A stretch of DNA of 64,000 nucleotides from Giardia intestinalis (lineage: Eukaryota). The notes beneath the pieces were generated by a model. That model ran no database searches. It was not told the DNA's origin and saw only the letters and a list, made by a program, of their open reading frames with translations. Made by a program: the position numbers and the translations under genes. Below, in pieces: positions 55,439 through 62,500 of this stretch (the stretch's first letter is position 1; every line of letters starts with the position of its first letter). Where the stretch lies: assembly GCA_000002435.2 (NCBI GenBank), contig CM018793.1; one strand, 5' to 3'.

Positions 55439-57772
55439 CTACTCTGAGAGGATGGCTAGTATCTCGCTATTGCCCTCGGCTATGTCCAAGAGCTTCCTCC
55501 TGTTTATGTTCTTCTCCTTCTCTGCGAGGAGTCTCACACACTCTATCTGGCTGCAGGATACTGCCCACATGAGGGCGGTCCATCCGTCACTATCCTGCAT
55601 CCCACCCTCCTTCTCCAAGAGCAGCGCGACGTGGGCAGAGTGACCTTCCTTTGCTGCAGCCATAAGAGCTGTCTGTCCATTGTTACTTCTCATACTTCCT
55701 TCCTTTTCTAGTAGGAGCTTAAAACAGTCTGTGCTACCATACCTTGCTGCAAGCATAAGGGCTGTTTCGCCATCCTCATTCCGCATCCCGCCCTCCTTCT
55801 CTAGCAATATTCTAGTGCAGCCTGCGTGGCCACTCTCTGCTGCCCTTATGAGGGCTGTCCATCCAAAAATATCCTGCATGCCTGCCTCTTCCTCTAGGAG
55901 CAGCTCCACTATCTCTGCGTGGCCACGTGCTGCTGCCAGCGTGAGGGCTGTCTCGCTACTATCACTCTTCATCCCGCCCTCCTTCTCTAGTAGGAGCCTG
56001 ACGCACTCTGGGTGGCCACTCTCTGCCGCCCCCATGAGGGCGGTCCGTCCAAACCCATCCTGTACCCCGCCCTCCCTCTTTAGCAATAGTCTAACACAGT
56101 CTCCGTGACCTCCCTCTGCTGCAAACACAAGGGCGGTCCGTCCATAGCTGTCTTGTACCCCGCCCTCCTTCTCCAAGAGTATGTCCACTATCTCTCCATG
56201 GCCCTCCTCTGCTGCCCGCATGAGGGCGGTATCGCCAGCAGCAAGTAAATACGTCATCACCCTCCGTTCCTCCAGCATACTCCGTTCCACGAGCCCTTTC
56301 GTGATCGCCATGTCCACTTTCATGCCCCCCTCTTTCTCCAGTAATAGCTTGACGCACTCTGGGTGGCCCCTCTCTGCCGCCCGCATGAGGGCGGTCCATC
56401 CGTCACGATCCTTCATCCCCGCCTCCTGAAGGCTACTCCTCACTGCATCAGCATCTCCAATGTAAGCAGCATACATAAGGCTCGTCCAGCCCGAGGCAGC
56501 ACGCTCACGGTCGTTTCCCACCAGTAGCTTAACACAGTCTTGCTTGTCATTCTGCTCTGCTGTCACGAGGGCTGTCACCCCATCACTAGTCTGCATCCCG
56601 CCCTCCCTCTCCAGGAGCAGCGCGACACATTCTCTGTGGCCTTCTTTTGCTGCAAGCACGAGGGCAGTCTGGCCGTCACTATCCTTCATGCCCGCCTCCT
56701 TCTCCACGAGCAGCTCCACTATCTCTGCGTGGCCTTCCTCTGCCGTCCTTATGAGAGCGGTCTCGCCATACCTATCCCGCATCCCGCCCTCCTTCTTTAC
56801 TAGTAGTCTAACACAATCTGAATGGTTTCTCTCTGCTGCCAGCATGAGGGCGGTTTCGCCATCCTCATTCTGCACGCCTCCCTCCTTCTCCAGGAGCAGC
56901 TCCACTATCTCTGCGTGGCCACGGACTGCTGCCCTCATAAGGGCTGTTCCCTCGCTGATGGCCCAGCAGCCCATCGCGACATCCCCCGTCGCCTTCTGTC
57001 CCCCCTGGAGAGGAAGGAGGGCCTTCACAGTATCTACATCATTTCTGTCAACAGCTCGCATGAGGGCAGTGACGCCATTCTCATCTGTGGGATCGAGGAG
57101 CTCCACGACGTCCTTGTGCCTCGCTCTGGCAGCAATCATCAGTGCGGTATTGCCGTCATTGTTCCTCTTGTCCTTGTCTGAGAGGTGTTCCTTGACTGTT
57201 GTGACGTCCCCCGTGAAGGACGCGCACATGAGAGGGGTCCACGAGGGGGCCTCATGCTCGCGAAGAAGCAGAGCTATGTCTGTGTGCTTGTTCCTGAGGG
57301 CGTGCACGAAGGCCGTGTTACCGTCCTTGTCCTTCAGCCCCTTCTCATGGTCAAGAAGGAGCTTTACTACTTCAAGGCTCCCCTGCTGTGCGGCGATCAT
57401 CAGGGCGGTGCGACCGTTATTGTCTTCTTTTCTATGCTCATGAGGGACGAGGATCCTAGCTGCCTCGGGATGGTTCCTATGTGCGGCGTGCATGAGCGCG
57501 GTCCAGCCGTTCTTGTCCCTGAGACCCTTCTCCTTCTCAACAAGCAGCTCAACGGGGCCAGTGTGCCCCTGCTGGGCTGCATGCATGAGGGCTGTCATTC
57601 CCTGCTTATCACGCTGGCCGGTGACTCCCTCTTCAAGTAGCACCCGGACGGTCTCTGTGTCATTCGTGTGTGCAGCACGGACCAGCTTGGGTAGCAGGTG
57701 AGCCTCAGGTTGAAGGGTAATCGTAGCTGCTGCGCCACTGAGTTGCATAACCTGACCTTCTCGTGCCTGCAT
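55439..57772 (-). CDS. Ankyrin-repeat protein, 777 aa with ~22 ANK repeats (Giardia 'protein 21.1'-like family)
   Basis: A single 2.3-kb ORF with no internal stop. It carries ~22 tandem 33-aa modules of the form (D/N)G.TALM.AA..GH.E.V.LLLEKEGGM. An in-frame TGA lies 10 codons upstream of the ATG, so the ORF cannot extend 5'. An A/T-rich patch (caaaaaatacttatccaca) sits directly before the ATG. A poly(A) signal lies 4 nt after the stop. Confidence 0.85.
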   Translation of the reverse strand: MQAREGQVMQLSGAAATITLQPEAHLLPKLVRAAHTNDTETVRVLLEEGVTGQRDKQGMTALMHAAQQGHTGPVELLVEKEKGLRDKNGWTALMHAAHRNHPEAARILVPHEHRKEDNNGRTALMIAAQQGSLEVVKLLLDHEKGLKDKDGNTAFVHALRNKHTDIALLLREHEAPSWTPLMCASFTGDVTTVKEHLSDKDKRNNDGNTALMIAARARHKDVVELLDPTDENGVTALMRAVDRNDVDTVKALLPLQGGQKATGDVAMGCWAISEGTALMRAAVRGHAEIVELLLEKEGGVQNEDGETALMLAAERNHSDCVRLLVKKEGGMRDRYGETALIRTAEEGHAEIVELLVEKEAGMKDSDGQTALVLAAKEGHRECVALLLEREGGMQTSDGVTALVTAEQNDKQDCVKLLVGNDRERAASGWTSLMYAAYIGDADAVRSSLQEAGMKDRDGWTALMRAAERGHPECVKLLLEKEGGMKVDMAITKGLVERSMLEERRVMTYLLAAGDTALMRAAEEGHGEIVDILLEKEGGVQDSYGRTALVFAAEGGHGDCVRLLLKREGGVQDGFGRTALMGAAESGHPECVRLLLEKEGGMKSDSSETALTLAAARGHAEIVELLLEEEAGMQDIFGWTALIRAAESGHAGCTRILLEKEGGMRNEDGETALMLAARYGSTDCFKLLLEKEGSMRSNNGQTALMAAAKEGHSAHVALLLEKEGGMQDSDGWTALMWAVSCSQIECVRLLAEKEKNINRRKLLDIAEGNSEILAILSE
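55500..57100. repeat. Intragenic tandem DNA repeats (~99-bp ankyrin-repeat modules, several nearly identical at the DNA level)
   Basis: The motif cat(c/g)ccgccctcc(t/c)tctc(c/t)a(g/a)gag(c/t)agc recurs at ~55597, 55787, 55970, 56080, 56157, 56590, 56691, 56788 and 56875. The longer block gcagctccactatctctgcgtggcc recurs at ~55900, ~56711 and ~56892. Confidence 0.6.
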
Positions 57773-58887
57773 TGTGGATAAGTATTTTTTGTCCGGCCTT
57801 CAAGAGCGTCAATCCCAGGGGTCTTGAGTCGAGGCTCCTGTCCTAGGGAGCTGGTCTTGCTTGGCCTGTTCTCGAGGGCTGCCTCAAGAGCAGTGACCTT
57901 ATCCGACTCGACCTTGAGCTCGTCCTTCAGAAGCACGATATTAGCATTAGCGCCATTCAGCGCAGCCTCCAAAACGCTGCACTTGTCCTCTAGTGCCACA
58001 CACCGATGTCCCAGCTCACTAACTGGGATGTCGAATGTGGCGAGCGTCTCGTGCAGCTCCCTGGCTGTCGGCCTCCTCTCTGGCTCCAGCACGAATATCC
58101 GCTCCAGAACACTCTTTATGAAGCCGTCGGTGACACCGCTCAGGTCCGGCCTCCACCCGTCGACGAAGACGTCTTTTGGGTCTTTACCTTCTAGGAAGTC
58201 CGGTCTCCTCAGAGTTACTAATTCATAAATGATGACCCCGAGGCTCCATACGTCGGAGGCGGGGCTGGCCTCGTTGTGGAGGAGCACCTCGGGGGCCACG
58301 TATACTGCCGTGCTTACAATGGTGCTCCCGCATCTCAGGGCGTCCTTGCAGAGGCCGAGGCCAGCGATGACGAAGTACTCACCATCTGCGCTGATGAGGA
58401 CGTTGGCAGGCCTGAGGTCGCGGTGGACAAATCCATTAACACTTACCCCATTGACGCCGTGGAGGTAGGCGAGGGCGGCAGCGATCTGCCTCAGGACGGA
58501 GAGGACCACGCCGGCAGACATGGGGATCTTCCTTCGCTTGTGCTCAGTGAGGAGGCGCTCGAGGGTCTTGTCGTGGCGATTCATGACGACGTAGATGAGG
58601 CCCTCGCCTTCGACTACTTGATGGTGCTTGAGAACCCCCGGGTTGGAGAGGTCAAGAAGAGCGGCCAGCTCGAGCCTGATGGCGCCTAAATCCCTCTTAT
58701 CCGGGCCATCGAGGAGGATCTCCTTCACAGCGAGGCTCGGATGGCCCCTAAGGGAGTAGACTGTCCCCATGGTGCTTTCATTAAGCACACTGCCCAACCG
58801 CCTGTGGAGCTTCTTACGAGTGAATTGTGGGATGGCGGGGGCTGCTGCAGGGGGGCTGGCTGCCGTCGGCCATGAAGTTTGTTTCAA
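57595..58887 (-). CDS. NEK-like Ser/Thr protein kinase with C-terminal coiled coil. It is a probable pseudokinase, and its start and stop are both questionable. It may be a pseudogene or the 5' part of a fused NEK-ankyrin gene.
   Basis: Kinase subdomains present: LAVKEI (beta3 Lys), RLELAALLDL (alphaC Glu), HRDLRPANVL (catalytic loop), YVAPEVL (APE), DVWSLGVIIYEL. The DFG motif is replaced by AGLGL and the glycine loop is degenerate (RLGSVLNESTMGTVY). The C-terminal ~100 aa form a heptad-like coiled coil (ALEDKCSVLEAALNGANANIVLLKDELKVESDKVTALEAALEN). The track's 'M' at 58887 is actually TTG. The first ATG (58768-58770) lies after the glycine-loop region. The ORF runs 178 nt into the ankyrin ORF, and no AGTRAAY follows its stop. 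Confidence 0.7.
   Translation of the reverse strand: MKQTSWPTAASPPAAAPAIPQFTRKKLHRRLGSVLNESTMGTVYSLRGHPSLAVKEILLDGPDKRDLGAIRLELAALLDLSNPGVLKHHQVVEGEGLIYVVMNRHDKTLERLLTEHKRRKIPMSAGVVLSVLRQIAAALAYLHGVNGVSVNGFVHRDLRPANVLISADGEYFVIAGLGLCKDALRCGSTIVSTAVYVAPEVLLHNEASPASDVWSLGVIIYELVTLRRPDFLEGKDPKDVFVDGWRPDLSGVTDGFIKSVLERIFVLEPERRPTARELHETLATFDIPVSELGHRCVALEDKCSVLEAALNGANANIVLLKDELKVESDKVTALEAALENRPSKTSSLGQEPRLKTPGIDALEGRTKNTYPQCRHEKVRLCNSVAQQLRLPFNLRLTCYPSWSVLHTRMTQRPSGCYLKRESPASVISRE
57773..57800 (-). promoter_or_regulatory. A/T-rich initiator-like element immediately 5' of the ankyrin ATG (plus-strand T6 at 57784-57789)
   Basis: The minus strand reads ggacAAAAAATACTTATCCACA-ATG. Giardia promoters are short A/T-rich elements within ~20-60 bp of the start codon, with 5'UTRs of only a few nt. 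The same A6 tract is the candidate frameshift site discussed in the findings. Confidence 0.4.
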
Positions 58888-59548
58888 AAATCGTTCACTC
58901 TGCCCACTAGTACTTGCAAGGCTATGTTATAGGGCCCTCTGCGGGTGTAGTCGAGGCGCACACAAGCATGGCTGCCTCTTCAGAGACAGGGGTGTCGCCC
59001 TTCAAGGCCGGGGTTCTTCATCAATGCTCCACACTGGCGTCAGCATGCTGCTGGAATCTCTGGGCTGTTCCTGTCCAGTCGATGCGTGCGTGCCAGAACG
59101 CTTGGTTTCCATCCTTTCCGCCGCGCTAGAGTCACGCTGGCCTTGATCGGCCGCTCTCTCCTCAATTGGTCTCATCTGCTTGGCAAGGACCACAGAGGTT
59201 GGCTGGAAGCGTCGCTTGGAAGGAATCGAGTGGCCGGCTCTCGAGCGTCACCCGACGAGCTTCGTTGGGCATTCGTTTCCGAGCCGGCAACATTGACGGC
59301 CGCAGAGCTCCTGGGCGTTCCTCGATCAGGGATGGGCCGAGCTGCTCGGTTCGTGGCCTCTTGTCCATTCCTCGTTATCGGGCACAGTTAGCCACCAAGC
59401 GGTCTACATATGCTGTTCGAGCCACACCTACAACAAGCCAGCGGCACAGCGCTAGAGCAGCCGTTAAGTCGAGCGAATCACCCCAAGCAGATGCTCAGAT
59501 CTGTCCCGCGCTCAGAGGTCAGTGTCCCTCCACCTCTTGCCCATTATT

Positions 59549-62500
59549 TCATTGGGGTCCTGCACTCCGTCCAAGGGGCTGCTGCGCCGCGCGAAGCTTC
59601 ATGGCCCGAACCGTCCACGAGTCCCCCTTCCGCTCAAGCAGGCGACCCGTGAGGCCTGTGGCTTTGAGGAGGGTTCCAGGATCGCCCTGGGACGTAGGCG
59701 CAATGACTGGCCGCCGCGATGCCAGAAGCTGGCGGGTCACACCGAGCAGGTCCGCCTCTTCCACACTGTTACCCAGCGTCCCTGTCTGCTGCATGCTTTG
59801 AAGAATGACTGTGTCTACGCGATCCCCTGCAGAGCTCTCCGGCGCATATGTCCACGGGTATGCGCACGCAGGCGGGGCCTCAAGACGCATAGGTGGAGGG
59901 GGGTCCTGGAAGACTTGACTGGGCACTTCTTCGAGGTCTTCGATGGACAGCCTGGCTGTGTCTGCCAGTCCACTCTCTGAGGACTTTTGCCCGGAGCGTG
60001 CGGTAAGAGGCACGCCGAAAAGAGAGTCCCATCCCTTCGGAGGCGGGTCAAGATTGACTCTCTGAACAATGCCGAGGAGCTGGGCCCCGTCCAAGCCCCA
60101 CAGAGCTACTCGTTTGTCCCCGCCTATCGAAATGTATGCCTGGCTGTTGGAAGCAGCCGGAGAAAGCAGGCTAATGGGGGCGGCGTGAGCACGGTGGACG
60201 TACCGTACCCGGAGATACGAAGACGGAACGATTGGCGACGTCTTCCCAGAGCTCGGGGTATGAAGAAGACCCTTAGGGAGCTGCTGCGTGTCGAGACTGC
60301 GTGTGATCCCCAGAGCAGCTATCAGATTCTGAATCTTGTAGAGGGTCACAAAGCCTGCGTCGTCCCCGACCAGGATAGAGTGGGCGCCGTCCACAAAGCA
60401 GACAGCTGTCGGCATGGTGCGAGCAGAGAGAGCAAGAACGGACTCCTTCCGGACTGGCACTCTCACCTTGGTTCTGTCCCTGAAGACGTATTGATAGAGA
60501 ATGCCGTTTTCCTCTGCTTCCACGTCCTCCATCCCGGGCCGCGTCACAGCGGACCCCATCATGGTGCCATAAAGAGACGCATGGGCGTCTGCGTATTGCG
60601 CAGCCGCCGGACTCTCCACGTCAACGCCGGACGTCTTAAAGCGCGACTTAGAAAAGTCCTCGATCACCTTGCTGGACTTGTCGGAGAGCTTCACCGCTCC
60701 CTGAGGCACTTTGCGGCGAGAGGCGGCCTGCCTTGGCTGACTGGTGCCCAGCGGAACAGGAAGGAAGTCAACGTAGACCCTCCGAGGAGCAGCTAAGAAG
60801 CGCGTGAAGTAGAAAGAAACAAGCATTATCACCTGAGCAGCAGCCCGAATCTTCATAAGCGTTCTGCGCCGACGGGCTTGAAGGCCTCGGAAGTTCTGGG
60901 AAATGGGGACGTATCGGCGAAGGAGTGCCATTGTTGCAGAGACAATCTCTTGGTAAGACGGACCCGGCATTCTGGTGTGCGCACGCTCTGACCTTTCTTC
61001 CAAGTCGTCCTGTACACCGACGGTCTCCTGCTGGAGATGGCACAGAGATTGGCCTTCTTCAGTAGCCGCTGTGGATTCTTGGACCGTGATGTACGCATAG
61101 CGGTTGGAAACAGTATGCCTCTCAAACATCGATGGAGGCTGGACTGTTCCGGAAGCGGCCTCTCCCTCCCTATCGGTTGTCATCGAGGCGTCCATGGAGG
61201 GCGTTGCAGTCGACGCCTGGAGGTCTCCGACTCGCGCCCCGTAGGCCGTTTTCGTGGAAAGCAGACGATTGGCACGGAACTCCCCGTCAATCGACCGCAG
61301 AGCCTCGTCCCCGGGCACAGGGCCCTTACGTTCGGGGCAGTACTTTGTGTGGAGGAGATCTGGAGAAAAGTTTTCTATCAGGTAGCGAACCACGTCCTCG
61401 TATCTACTCCCATACAACTGGACGTCTGAATTGAAATCAGAGAGGGGCAGAAGGGCGTGCTTCAAGAATCCAGCTGTCTGGACCCAGCCGGCCTGAAAGT
61501 CTGCATTCAGTGGATAGCCCAGGGGATGGTAGCTTCCGTGGTAAAAGGCGCAGACGAGCGAAAAGTTCGGGTACAGCGGGCGGACCGCGTGGATGTAGCA
61601 GATGCCAGAGGCCGACGCCGAAAACAGAAGGGGCCACTGTCCCAGGAAGCAGAGGGCCGTTATGGGGGAGCCAACAGACGGGATTGTCGGGGGCTGGATC
61701 ACCCCCTGCTGCAGCAGCTTGACAGACATCGTGTCGTGGACGAGAATCCGGCCGTCAGAGGTGCCTATGGCCAGCAGAGACAGCTCCTCCGAGGCGTCAA
61801 TGCACGTCACGTACGAGTCACTTCGAGCCTTCTTTGCATGCCCGGTGTAGAGAACGTCGCAGAGCAGTTTCTGGATCGGAGACGGCGCCTGATTCGGCTG
61901 TCCTGCTGAAGAGACATCTCGGGCCCACAGGAACTCGGGGCAAAAGCGTCTTACAACCTCCGGCTTTGAAGAGAGGTCGTCTGCGCCTACAAACACGGGC
62001 TTCGACGAAAAGAACGCCGTGAGCTGCTGCCGTGCCCTTGCAAAGTGGTCTGCTCCTCCTGCAAAAAAGATGTCGAAGGTCGTCAGCTGCCTCGACAGCC
62101 CTATCTTGTTCACGTACTCGTGGCTCGGCTTCATGTCTATGGCGCGCACAATTTGCGGGTTGAGGTTGTCGCAGAGGAAGAGAAGGCCGCGCGCTCTGTC
62201 GGTGGCCAAGATTTGTGCGCGCATTATCGACTTGTCGGAAAGCAGCTGTCTCACAAAGGCTGCGTTGTTGGCCTTGACGATGATCTGAGACAGATTGAGC
62301 CCCAGGCTGTACGAGGAAGCTCCGGACGACATGTGCGAGTCGGCCCCTGCAGAAGGCTCCCTCTGTGCGTCGCCCAGTCTTTGGCCATCAAACGGGTTGT
62401 CGACGATGTCAATGTCGTCTTCGCATGTCCTCCGGCCGGTAATCCCAACGTTGGATATGTCGAAGAGAGAGCCGGTCTTCCAGTAAAGTGTCACTGCACC

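Noticed and set aside
55500-57100. Regularly spaced ~99-bp direct repeats that might superficially suggest a CRISPR-like or satellite array
   Set aside because: They are in-frame coding modules of a eukaryotic ankyrin-repeat protein, with variable 'spacers' that are also coding. No CRISPR is expected in a eukaryote.
55413-57701. Plus-strand ORFs (for example 56544-57443, 299 aa; 55680-56108, 142 aa) with repetitive SAARMRAVxP... translations
   Set aside because: They are antisense to the ankyrin-repeat gene. Their periodicity just mirrors the ankyrin modules on the opposite strand. The minus-strand ORF is far longer, has a start context and a poly(A) signal.
59166-59801. 211-aa plus-strand ORF spanning the kinase/WD40 intergenic region
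   Set aside because: The composition is Arg/Ser/Pro-rich and low-complexity. It overlaps the 3' end of the WD40 gene antisense. No start context or poly(A) signal was found.
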